Source: an uncultured delta proteobacterium (GTDB lineage: Bacteria; Desulfobacterota; Binatia; UBA9968). From it: 64,000 nt of DNA. Under the pieces are notes generated by a model. It was not told where the DNA came from. It worked only from the letters and a program-made list of their open reading frames with translations, and ran no database searches. The position numbers and the translations under genes are program-made. The number at the start of each line of letters is the position of its first letter. Within the stretch, counting starts at the first letter, position 1. The stretch lies in assembly GCA_963745835.1 (NCBI GenBank), contig CAVUZH010000016.1:448001-512000 (forward strand), written 5' to 3'. This document shows positions 20,688 through 30,237 of this stretch, in pieces.

Positions 20688-21467
20688 TCAAGCCATGACG
20701 GCGCCGCCGTCGACTTGGATCGCCTGGCCGGTGATCCCTCGGGCGCGATCAGACGCCAGCATCAGCGTCACATAGGCAACTTCTTCCGGCTCGATGAGAC
20801 GCCGTTGCGGACAGCTTGCCGCGAGCATGGCGAGCGCCTGATCCAGCGATTGGCCGCGTTTTTCGGCCAGTCGCCGCGCGTTTTCGCGGGTCAACTCGGT
20901 ATTGACATAGCCCGGGCATACCGCATTCACGGTGACCCCAGATCTAGAGGTTTCCACAGCCAACGCCCGAGTCAGGCCGAGGCTTGCGTGTTTGGATGTC
21001 GCATATGCTGCGATTCCTGGATAAGCAACCCGGGCCACGGTTGAAGCGATGTTGATGATGCGCCCCCAGCGGGCGTCGATCATGGGCGCCAAAAAGATTT
21101 TGCAGCAGTTGTAGGTCCCGTTTACATTGACACGCATGACTTCATCCCACAGCTTGTCGGCCATCTCCAAGAAATCCGCTGCCGGCGCGATCCCGGCATT
21201 GTTCACGAGAATTTCGACCGCGCCAAAACATTTTTCGATCTCCTGCCGAAGACTTTCCACCTCCGGTTTTTGAGTCACATCGCATTGGCGTGCCAATACT
21301 TCAGCGCCTGTGGAGCGTAGCATTGCCGCGACTTCTTCAAGCGCGGCTACGGTTCTGCCGGTGATGACCACGCGGCTTTGCTCAGCGCCAAACGCTAAGG
21401 CAATTGCTTTGCCGATGCCGCGTGCCGCGCCGGTGACGAGCACGATTTTTCCAACGAGATCCTTCAT
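20688..21467 (-). CDS. Short-chain dehydrogenase/reductase (3-hydroxyacyl-CoA/3-hydroxybutyrate dehydrogenase-like)
   Basis: TGAARGIG, NNAG, YATSK and VCPGYV. Confidence 0.93.
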   Translation of the reverse strand: MKDLVGKIVLVTGAARGIGKAIALAFGAEQSRVVITGRTVAALEEVAAMLRSTGAEVLARQCDVTQKPEVESLRQEIEKCFGAVEILVNNAGIAPAADFLEMADKLWDEVMRVNVNGTYNCCKIFLAPMIDARWGRIINIASTVARVAYPGIAAYATSKHASLGLTRALAVETSRSGVTVNAVCPGYVNTELTRENARRLAEKRGQSLDQALAMLAASCPQRRLIEPEEVAYVTLMLASDRARGITGQAIQVDGGAVMA

Positions 21468-21470
21468 CTG

Positions 21471-21665
21471 CTAATTGCCGGTAAAATTTTCCTTACGCTT
21501 CTCCAGAAAGGCTTTCGTTCCCTCAGCCAGATCATGCGTGTGCGCGCTAGCCGCAAAGTGTGGGCTTCGATTCGAGCCCGGTGGCTAAATCCAATTCTGG
21601 CTCCGATTGATCAGCATCTTCGATGCTTCCAACGCGAGACGGGGCAGTGCCGCCAGCTTGGCGGC
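21471..21665 (-). pseudogene. C-terminal remnant of a crotonase-family gene
   Basis: KLAALPRLALEASKMLINR...THDLAEGTKAFLEKRKENFTGN*; no N-terminal part upstream. Confidence 0.7.
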
Positions 21666-21895
21666 AAATGAACATAACAGCAGCAAGAACCAGAGGACCG
21701 TTTCCTTATGGCTGCCTTTTACTGCTGTTCACTATAACTTGTCTAATGGTTTTATTCTGGAGGTCATGGTTTATCATTCATGCCAGCCTTGACTCGCCTT
21801 GTGCTAGCAAGGCCGAATCACAGCGCATGCGAATAGAGTAAACTTGTCGCTGATCTCGACGAATGTAGATAACCGATGAAGTTGTTTGCCCTCAA

Positions 21896-22700
21896 CTAAC
21901 GAGCGAGCGGCAGATAAACGTGAAGGGTACTACCATGGCCGCCTGCGTATCAACGTCAAAGAAACCATGGGGGCTCTTAACTATTCCGCAACGATAGAAA
22001 GCCCTAGGCCCGTTCCCTTGCGCTTCTGGTTTCGTTGAGAAGAATGGTTCGAAATATGCTGGCGAATGTTTTCATCCATTCCCGGACCAGTATCCGCAAC
22101 CGTGATGCAGACGTGATTCCGATTTTCAGTTTCAGAAAAGCCGTCTCGCATTTCATTGCCGGCAATGGTAGTGGTGCTCAATCTAAGGGTTCCCGATTCG
22201 CTCATGGCGTCCCTCGCATTGATGCAGAGATTCAGCAACACTCCGTGTAGCTGACTGGCATCAGCCAATATGTGGGGAATAGTTGGTCCAGGTCTGCAGT
22301 AATCGTAATTGTCTTAGGAATGGTACTCTCTAGCCCTTTAACCACGGTCATGATCAATCGTTGATATTAGTGGGATGGAACTGTAGTTTGGTTTGTCGCG
22401 CAACCGTAAAAAGCTGCTGAGTCAAGACAATTCCCTCTGTCAACTGTCTTCTCGATAATTTCAAGATGTTGCTCCAGCGACAATGGGTTTTTAGGTCCAT
22501 TCGCATGAGTGTGGCGTATGACTGGACGATATTTAGCAAGCTGTTAAATCGTGAGCGATGCCTCCAGCGAGCGTTCCTATGCTTTCCATCTTACGTGCGT
22601 GCTCTAGCTGCTCTCGAAGCTTGGTTTCTCTTGCTAGGCTGCGCGAGAGATCGTGCCTGGTGGGAACAGCCACGGGTTCAACTCTCCCCTCGCCTTCCAT
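21896..22700 (-). pseudogene. Histidine kinase (HisKA + HATPase) with multiple frameshifts and no sensor domain
   Basis: KMESIGTLAGGIAHD, QLHGVLLNLCINARDAM, VADTGPGMD, KGTGLGLSIV and GSTLHVYLP found in shifting frames. Confidence 0.8.
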
Positions 22701-23083
22701 AGCTGCCATCCAGCCGCGGCGAAGTTAGCCAGAGTTTTTTATGATTGGCTCATCCTCTAGATACTTGCGATCGTCACTGTGTGCAACAACCCAACTGACT
22801 GATTCTAACATGGAAAAGGGGGCCTAACAGCGCTTCAACTATTGGGGTTCAATCTTCAAGGGCGGAAAAAAAACGCTGCGGCAAATACATGAGCTGTGTA
22901 ACATCCCGGTTGAGTGTGATTCCGCAGGGACTGGCATTTCGCGGCAGCGTCTGAGCGAGCAAAAAAGCTAAGGATCCGCGGCTATGATGTCACATTCCCT
23001 CCGCCTCACGTTGCGCGCCCTCAATCTCTTCGCATTAAAACGCCGCGGTCGTAATACGCGACAGTACCGGAGAGGTGCATTCC

Positions 23084-23311
23084 TTATGCGACCTTGCCGC
23101 CCTGACCCCTAATCTTAGGCAGGGCGGCGGATAACTCCTCAATGCTCTGAGTGTCCTTTTCTCCGCGGTAAATGCCCATCGTAAGCTCTGTTTTTAGCTG
23201 CTCTATCTCCGCATCCTGCCGGTTGATAAGAGCCAGAATCCATTCCCGATCCGCGATGCTAATTCCAAACCTTCCCAGTTCCTCGAGCCGAAGTTTATCT
23301 TCCGGTGTCAT
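23084..23311 (-). CDS. Hypothetical protein, 75 aa
   Basis: GGAGG RBS before the ATG; helical/coiled-coil composition. Confidence 0.55.
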   Translation of the reverse strand: MTPEDKLRLEELGRFGISIADREWILALINRQDAEIEQLKTELTMGIYRGEKDTQSIEELSAALPKIRGQGGKVA

Positions 23312-23357
23312 ATCGTCCTCCGCTAAATCCCGAACCGCATAGCCGTTTTTCTTGCCT

Positions 23358-23552
23358 TCAACTTGTGGCCCCGCAATCTTGAGTTTTGTATTGGACCATG
23401 GCGCAATGGCGCGATGAGATTAACAGACGGTGTTGCGAAGCTACTTGGTGAGGCTTCTTTAACCAGGTGAGAAGGGATTTAACAGCGAAGCAAGCAAGGA
23501 TCACTACACATACAACAACGAATGCCGCTGGAACCATCACGTCCCATACCAT
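23358..23552 (-). CDS. Small single-TM hypothetical protein
   Basis: AGGAGG RBS; MVWDVMVPAAFVVVCVVILACFAVKSLLTWLKK. Confidence 0.55.
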   Translation of the reverse strand: MVWDVMVPAAFVVVCVVILACFAVKSLLTWLKKPHQVASQHRLLISSRHCAMVQYKTQDCGATS

Positions 23553-24130
23553 TGGAGTTAACCTCCTGGCTGACATCCCTAACCGACGGGGACATGGAAT
23601 CTATCATATGCTTTGTTCTTTGCAAGGATGATTTGGATTAGCGTCTTTGGCGAAGTCTGGCGGAGGGGTATCTATTGGCACAGGCTCTCCGCATATTCGT
23701 GATTGGCCGGTTAACGGCTCACTGACGCACGATTGATCATTGGCCCTGGCGTTTTGGATCAATCGGCTTCATCTGAATGGATTATAGGCAGTAACAACTG
23801 TGACTATTTTCGCCGGCCGTAGCCTCGGCCATCTCAGGCATCAGCCCGCATAAGAGATAGCAGAAGGAATCGCCGAGATCGGACTATGGATGTGACTTCT
23901 TGCGAATGTCTTTTATGACATTGCCGAGACGGTCCTCAGAATAGTGCCGCCTGCTAAACAAAGCTTTTTGTCACTTCTTCGTCACGGCTTTTAGGTGAGT
24001 TCGCCGCTGGTGGAGCCCCGGTTCCTTCCTTGGCTTAAGGGATCCGGACTGACAAGAGAGTGCGTTGCCCAAGAAGCCTTCTTCGCTGAGTCTTACACGT
24101 TTGCCGGATTGTCTGTTTTGTCGTGATCAT

Positions 24131-24307
24131 CTACTTTTCGAATGCAGCAAGTTTTCCCAGGGCCTCACTGATCTTTCTTAGAGAGATCTCAATGCCCCGG
24201 CGCACCTCTTCGTTAACCGACTTATCTTTAAACCAGAGTTCAAGACAAGCCTGTTCCTCTTTAAGTGTAGCGACAACTTCCCGAAGCATTGTATCTATAG
24301 GTGTCAT
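24131..24307 (-). CDS. Hypothetical 58-aa helical protein (below the ORF-track cutoff)
   Basis: Manual translation MTPIDTMLREVVATLKEEQACLELWFKDKSVNEEVRRGIEISLRKISEALGKLAAFEK. Confidence 0.45.
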   Translation of the reverse strand: MTPIDTMLREVVATLKEEQACLELWFKDKSVNEEVRRGIEISLRKISEALGKLAAFEK

Positions 24308-24900
24308 TCTCTTGATGCCTGTTCTTCATCTCAAAACCGCATCATCCGCATCTTCTCTGCATCCATACGGGGCGGGGTATATATCTCTCCGGGCGTCTGT
24401 AAGTCAATGCAGTGGTCGCTGCATTACAGGAGGGGAAGCGTGAATCGCTTACCGTCCCAACGCACTGGGGGCTGTCATACCTGGCTTATTGACCAGCGGT
24501 GAAACGTCATGTGCCTGCATCTGTTTAGATGGGGAACGGGGCAAGCACACCCGCGATGTCCGCCGGCCGGGTACTGAGTCGATTACATGCGAAGACGTTC
24601 GGATAAGCCGCGCATGAGTTTGCCAGCGCGGAACTCACGACCGATACACGGTTGATGACTACTGCATCGCGTTTTTGATTGTTTGTTGCTGAAGCCTATC
24701 TTGCTCCCAAGCAACTAAGCCGTTCTTCCCGGCAAAGCTCAAGCTACTTACCACAATTACACGGGCACCTCGATATAGTAGCACCGCCAGTTGTGCCACG
24801 CTGCCAGTCATGAGAGCTATGACAAGGGCGAACGTTGTCAGCCGTTTTTTTATCTTAATGTTATTCTGCGGTGTCGCCGTTAGTGTGCTGCTCATTGTGA

Positions 24901-25359
24901 TCACCGCGCTTTGCGGGGATTCACCATCTGCGCTGGTGATTTGTCGTGTAGGCGTGACTCGTGTGTCGGGTGCAAGCTGCACCAGCATCGGATCTTGACG
25001 TCACTGCCGGCGCGACTCGTCGAAATTTTGAGGCAGAGATCATGTCTATTGTTTTTGCATTGTCTACAGATCCAATACAGTGCTTGTTTACTCCTGGATA
25101 TAGCTGATGAGACGTGTTTACGATTAGGCTTCACCAGCAGTGCACCGCGAAGTCTATGATCCACCCATTGTTTGGCTTCTTTAATGGTAAACCGCTTAGC
25201 TTGCACTTCAGTCTGAAAGGCATCGCCGAACTTTAAAACGACCGTATGAATTTTGAGTTTTTCAGTGAACTCGATGTGAACACTAGCTGTCCAATCGCCG
25301 ATAGCCGAATCGAAGAAAGCTACCGGAAGAATAAGATGCTGGCGGTATAGACACTCCAT
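24901..25359 (-). CDS. Hypothetical protein
   Basis: Globular-looking core MECLYRQHLILPVAFFD...WTASVHI...FQTEVQAKRFTIKEAKQWVD; purine-rich RBS; C-terminal extent uncertain. Confidence 0.45.
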   Translation of the reverse strand: MECLYRQHLILPVAFFDSAIGDWTASVHIEFTEKLKIHTVVLKFGDAFQTEVQAKRFTIKEAKQWVDHRLRGALLVKPNRKHVSSAISRSKQALYWICRQCKNNRHDLCLKISTSRAGSDVKIRCWCSLHPTHESRLHDKSPAQMVNPRKAR

Positions 25360-25950
25360 CGCTGCCCTTCCTTCTGCTCTTCGCGGGACGTCGTTCTCAT
25401 TAAGCGGTATGACCAATGTAAGAGATCTCAGAGTTTGTAGGTCCAAGAATAAAGCTTCTTTAGCCACGGCAAGCGCATAGTCACGAAGCCGTCTCGGTTG
25501 ATATAAATCGAGCCGGAGCGTCTTAGTATTTCTCTGACTATCAACTTCAAATGCTTCGGTTACCTGCGTTAAGATCCTCGGGTGATTGGTCGAAAATTAT
25601 CAACTTGGCCCTCCTACAGCATGGAGCATGCCGGCTGTGGATTACTATTGCTTCGGAAATGAGCACGTCTTTTAACCGAAGCGGCTGACAAATAAACCCG
25701 ATCATTATCCGCCGTCGGTTTAGCAGGCAAAGCTGCCGCCGAATGTGACCAGACAGAACCATGCGTAACTCGCGAAACGCTTCAAACTCGTAGCTGGCCT
25801 GATGAAAGTTGAGGGGGGCATAACCCTTGCTCAGAGTGCGGCGTCAGCGGGGGCGAAGAAGCGCAGCTTGTAACGACACCATGGATCTTCTTCGCTTCCC
25901 CGCGCCACTGGTTTTGGGGAGTCTTAGCGACAATTGGACCGGCGGGTCGA

Positions 25951-26142
25951 ATGAAACTCTTGATGATCGAAGACTCGGTTCGGCTATTAAAGAGTGAAGC
26001 AATCCTTATAATTCTAGTTGTTCTCTTTATATGGAACATGGGGTACATCACCGAGGCGGAAGTCACCCGTATGTGGGAGAAGACAACGATTATGCACGAC
26101 TGCATCTTCACACCAGCACCTGAAAACAGTAGTCGCGCATAA
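25951..26142 (+). CDS. Small hypothetical membrane protein
   Basis: One hydrophobic stretch; first of three closely spaced co-oriented ORFs. Confidence 0.4.
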   Translation: MKLLMIEDSVRLLKSEAILIILVVLFIWNMGYITEAEVTRMWEKTTIMHDCIFTPAPENSSRA

Positions 26143-26160
26143 GCCGAAGGACGGGACTTC

Positions 26161-26379
26161 ATGAAGTGGCTAGAAATTCCCGCTCATAGAGTACTTGAGG
26201 TGGAGTGTCAGGAACTTGAAGACCAGTTCGATATGTATGATGACGAGGGTAAGCTTTGCGGTGGGAGCAGCGTATATCTGTTATTTCGTAGGAAGGACGG
26301 CAAGAGATTTAAGTTCGCTAAGTTCGGTGACGTCTACGGGGCAATCAAGCGAAATCGCGCTTATCTGCAAGAGGTCTGA
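26161..26379 (+). CDS. Hypothetical protein, 72 aa
   Basis: RBS-like GAAGGA; 18-bp gap from the previous ORF. Confidence 0.55.
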   Translation: MKWLEIPAHRVLEVECQELEDQFDMYDDEGKLCGGSSVYLLFRRKDGKRFKFAKFGDVYGAIKRNRAYLQEV

Positions 26380-26418
26380 ACCGTCACTGATCAGGGACAA
26401 CAGGTTGTAGATCGATCG

Positions 26419-26799
26419 ATGAAACAACGATACCAAAGAGTTGATCCTAACGTTTTCGATCTCGCCTGGCTTGACGATAAAGAGCTTGAAGCACTACAAC
26501 GGACAATGCTTTCAAACCGTGAGAACGAGATTTGCGCGTATTGGCTGCGCTCGTTGAATGAACAGGCCGCCATTCGCACCGGAAAACTTCGGATCATCCC
26601 CGGTACCGAGGCCAGAGACCCGGACTTCAAACAATATTCGATCAGCGAACTTGATGCAGCGCGGCTAATCTTCGGCGGTATTGAAAATCAACTCAACGCC
26701 ACGGGTAAGTCAACGGGCGAGCGCTTTTGTGAACTGCTAGTTAAATGTTGCAGTCAGGCCATGGAGCGCAAGCAAGAGTCTTCATCCGTCGATCACTGA
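26419..26799 (+). CDS. Hypothetical protein, 126 aa
   Basis: Clean ORF with protein-like composition; no family recognised. Confidence 0.55.
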   Translation: MKQRYQRVDPNVFDLAWLDDKELEALQRTMLSNRENEICAYWLRSLNEQAAIRTGKLRIIPGTEARDPDFKQYSISELDAARLIFGGIENQLNATGKSTGERFCELLVKCCSQAMERKQESSSVDH

Positions 26800-27285
26800 G
26801 GCAAGAATTACTCCCCGCCCATCAGGTAGAGATTGGACGGTGGGCCGCCCGATGCTCGTCCTGTCGTGATCTCATTGCAATGGCGTGAGACAATATGCTG
26901 CTGGTCATCTTATTTGGCTCCGACGTGCAGTGACCGAGCTTCTTATACAATGATCACCGATGCGGAAGAGAACTTTTGTGCCAAGAATCTTTTTTGCTTG
27001 ACATTCGTTTATACCCGCTCTAGGAACGTCAGCAATCATTTCGAAATTCATCCTTAGTTTTACATCACGAGCTGATCAACTCAGCTTTCAATTCTGGGGC
27101 TCAGCACTGAAATGATCTCGCCGATTGTACTTAACTGAGTACGGCGGCTCTCATATAAGTTACATTTGTGTCACATGAGAAGCGTGCTGGAGATTGCTGC
27201 AGCGTCCGATTCCAGCGATTTGGTGTAGCAGTACTGAATCTTAGCAACCTGACAAATTGGACACCTGAAGAATGCCGGGGGATAT

Positions 27286-28293
27286 ATGGGCAAAGTCTAT
27301 CAAATAGTCAGAGAAGTAGTGCAAGGAACCTTAAACCGGACACCCGGTCCTACGGTTTCCTCTCAAGCTACAGGAAGCGAAGACAGTCTAAGTGAGGCAC
27401 TAGAGGACCTTGATAAATTATTTGCGGATGGAATCCGTAGGTTAAAGGCAGCGGTCAGTGACAACCGAGCTGTGGCACTAACTAAGACCAAACATGCCGA
27501 GCAAGTTATCGAGGGTCTCAAGGCAAACATCTCCGGACTAGAGGCTAGGGTCAAAGAGGCTGAGGACACCCTTCATAACCAAAACGTCGTCGGGCAAAAG
27601 ATGGAAGAAAGTCTTAGGACCGAGATCGACAATTTACAACGTGCATTGAAGGAGAAAGAAGAATCGCTCCAAAGTCGAATATCCGAAGTAAACGACCTTA
27701 GGTCGAAAATAGATGTTCTGGCGGAGCAGGTAAGCCAGGCGGAGTTGGCGGTCAGCAAGGCAAGAGGAGAGGCGGCGACGAAGGTGCAAGAAGCCGAGCA
27801 GGTTATTGAGGGGCTCCAGGCAAACATCATTGTGCTAGAGGCAACACTGAAAGCTAAACTTTGCCAGGGGGAGCAGAACGGCGTTGACAGCACGGACTCG
27901 TCCATAAACGTGCTCGATCAGGACCGCAACGAGCCGGCAACCGATTTAGACGGCCACTCACAACTCCAAAGGAATGGCAGGACAGCGAGCATGGCACAAG
28001 CTTTTGCTAATCTTCAGGCGCAAGCTGTCGCCCGAATAACGGAGGCCGGTCGCGAAACCGTGACGCCGGAAGCTTTTGTCCGCATCGTCACTGAGTTCAG
28101 TAAATTCGCCAATGTCATTGAAAACATAGCATCCCTGATTGTCCGTGATCACGTTAGGACGCTCGGCGAATCGATGGAACAATTTCCGCAGAAGCGGCTA
28201 CCAGAACTCCTTGAGTCTCTGAGCAAAGAGATATCTGACAATACGCTCAAAGCCGATTTTCGCGCGCGATTTGGCGATAAAACCCTTGGATGA
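27286..28293 (+). CDS. Coiled-coil protein with internal repeat and helical C-terminal domain
   Basis: Long heptad region; repeat AEQVIEGLKANI / AEQVIEGLQANI; GGGGA RBS. Confidence 0.75.
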   Translation: MGKVYQIVREVVQGTLNRTPGPTVSSQATGSEDSLSEALEDLDKLFADGIRRLKAAVSDNRAVALTKTKHAEQVIEGLKANISGLEARVKEAEDTLHNQNVVGQKMEESLRTEIDNLQRALKEKEESLQSRISEVNDLRSKIDVLAEQVSQAELAVSKARGEAATKVQEAEQVIEGLQANIIVLEATLKAKLCQGEQNGVDSTDSSINVLDQDRNEPATDLDGHSQLQRNGRTASMAQAFANLQAQAVARITEAGRETVTPEAFVRIVTEFSKFANVIENIASLIVRDHVRTLGESMEQFPQKRLPELLESLSKEISDNTLKADFRARFGDKTLG

Positions 28294-28502
28294 AGAGTCT
28301 CCTCAATGCATAAGCACCCGAAAACTTCCTCCGAAGCATTGCACCCGAGCGACTTCAAGGTGATAAAAAGTGGCCGTTCCAGTGCTGGGCGATAAGGCGC
28401 CTCTGGTCAATCGACTAAGGGCCGCTGAATCTCGAAATGAAAAATCCCGGCCGTTCGGGCTAGGCTATATGCGATGGACCTCGGGGAAGCTCGACAACAG
28501 AC

Positions 28503-28865
28503 GTGACTAAAATTCTGCTCGTTGACGATAACCCGCACATACGGCGAACCCTTCAGGTTCTGATCACTTGGATGGGATTTGAGACCATCACCGCTGCTAA
28601 TGGCAAGGAAGCTGTTGAAAGATCTCTAGCGGAGAAACCGGACTTGATCCTAATGGATTTCGTGATGCCGGCTATGGATGGTGGAGAAGCGACGCGAATC
28701 TTGCGACTGAGTCCTAACACTAAGGACATTCCGATCCTCGCCATGACTGCATTATACCGTAGATTTGAGCTTCAACGCTGCATCGATATAGGGTGCAACG
28801 ACTATATAGTCAAACCATTTCCGATAAACGAACTGCAAAGAAAAATCAAAGCTCTAATTCGCTGA
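28503..28865 (+). CDS. Single-domain response regulator (CheY/DivK-like)
   Basis: ILLVDD, PDLILMD, MPAMDG, AMTA and YIVKPF. Confidence 0.92.
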   Translation: MTKILLVDDNPHIRRTLQVLITWMGFETITAANGKEAVERSLAEKPDLILMDFVMPAMDGGEATRILRLSPNTKDIPILAMTALYRRFELQRCIDIGCNDYIVKPFPINELQRKIKALIR

Positions 28866-28930
28866 GCGGACGCCGTTCTTGTCCTGTCCCACGATTTCGG
28901 AACACGATTTCCCGGCTGATGAGTGAGAGT

Positions 28931-29809
28931 TCAATGGCTGTCCTTGTTTAGATACACCGCTGCCGGTGTGCGGTATCCTAGGCTCATGTGCAGCCTCTCG
29001 TGATTGTAAAACTGTCGATAGGCTTTCACGGCTTCGATCAGCTCGGTTCGATTTCTGGGCAGCACGCGATACAAATGCTCGAGCTTGAGTGATCCATGGA
29101 AGCGTTCCTCGCGGCCAATGGTCTGCGGATGATACTTGCGCGATCGCACATGGATCAACAGCTCAGTTTTCTTCACAAAGTTTCTGAACCGTCGCGCCTT
29201 CATTGCGGGCCCATTGTCGGTTACCAGAATGATCTCGCCCGCAAGCTCATGCTCCAGATCAACGATCTCTTTGAGTGCGCCTTCCACCACTGCAATCAAG
29301 TCCAATGCCGTTTCGGTCTCGGAGACCTCCGAGATCAGATTAAACCGACTCAAGTACTCGGTCACACAACCGATCCGATGCTTCTCGCCATCTTCGCTCA
29401 CGTAATCGGTAAAGTCGCTCTGCAAAACTTGGTTGATCTTCTCGGGCGTCTTGAGCCGCTGCCGACGTTGTTCGGCCGCCTGGCGCAGATCGTGACCGAT
29501 GCGTTTGGGCTGGAGCAAGCCCTCGCTCTTGAGCATCCGGTAGCAACTCATCCGACTGCTCCCAGTCAAATTTACGGTCATCTTCCCCCACGCCAACGCG
29601 TAAGCACGAACTCGACGATGTCCCGCTTCCACTCGCTTGAGCGCCACCTCCCGCAGTACCTCTCGGTGCTGCGCCGAGGGTGCTTGTCGCCCACGCTCGC
29701 GATAGTCTTTCATCCCGCGAACCTGGCGGTAGTAACTGCTCCGCGATAATCCCAATAGCTTCATCGCCCGTTTGACCGTGAGTCCCTCCGCTACTCGCGC
29801 CGCTTCCAC
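28931..29809 (-). CDS. IS3-family transposase OrfB (DDE integrase core)
   Basis: SDFT, TDNG, ERFHGSLKLE and YNHERLHMSLGYRTP. Confidence 0.93.
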   Translation of the reverse strand: MEAARVAEGLTVKRAMKLLGLSRSSYYRQVRGMKDYRERGRQAPSAQHREVLREVALKRVEAGHRRVRAYALAWGKMTVNLTGSSRMSCYRMLKSEGLLQPKRIGHDLRQAAEQRRQRLKTPEKINQVLQSDFTDYVSEDGEKHRIGCVTEYLSRFNLISEVSETETALDLIAVVEGALKEIVDLEHELAGEIILVTDNGPAMKARRFRNFVKKTELLIHVRSRKYHPQTIGREERFHGSLKLEHLYRVLPRNRTELIEAVKAYRQFYNHERLHMSLGYRTPAAVYLNKDSH

Positions 29810-29826
29810 CTCTGCCCAACTCGGCC

Positions 29827-30120
29827 TTAACTCCTCGACAGCCGTTTTAAAAAACGGATCTCGACCGCCTGCTCTCCGATCAGCTTCTGCAGTTCCTCAA
29901 TTTGTCGCTCCAGGGCTGCTTTCTCACCGTGGCTTACATTGCGCCCATCAAAGGCCAGAGCCGCTTTGCCCCCTTCAAAGAACTTATCTCGCCAGCGATA
30001 GATCAGTCCTTCCGAAACTTGATGCCGTCGAGCAATTTGCCCCACCGGCTCTTTTTGACTGAGCGCTTCTTTCACAATCTGGTAGCGCTTCTCCGCCGTC
30101 CACCGACTCGGTTTGGCCAT
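29827..30120 (-). CDS. IS3-family transposase OrfA (HTH)
   Basis: WTAEKRYQIV...IARRHQVSEGLIYRWR plus a leucine zipper; slippery TTTTTTAAAA at its 3' end. Confidence 0.9.
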   Translation of the reverse strand: MAKPSRWTAEKRYQIVKEALSQKEPVGQIARRHQVSEGLIYRWRDKFFEGGKAALAFDGRNVSHGEKAALERQIEELQKLIGEQAVEIRFLKRLSRS

Positions 30121-30237
30121 CTGTTCCTCCCGACTGGCTTCCCAGCACTATCTATGGCCATTTCCACTCTCACTTATCCAGTGTTCCGAATCTGGTGGGA
30201 CGCGACAGGGACGCGACATTCTGTCTCGCCTCAGTGC

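Larger units (their letters stand above)
28880..30218 (-). mobile_element. IS3-family insertion sequence
   Basis: TG...CA ends. Imperfect IRs TGTCCTGTCCCACGATTTCGGAACAC and (rc) TGTCGCGTCCCACCAGATTCGGAACAC. TTCT direct repeats at 28876-28879 and 30219-30222. Carries orfA and orfB. Confidence 0.92.

Noticed and set aside
22671-22700. GGGTTCAACTCTCCCCTCGCCTTCCA resembles a tRNA/tmRNA 3' end (possible att site)
   Set aside because: The T-stem does not pair properly, there is no upstream cloverleaf, and the segment is the start of the histidine kinase reading frame on the minus strand
22700-28900. Prophage
   Set aside because: No integrase, terminase, capsid, tail or replication gene recognised; only orphan small ORFs
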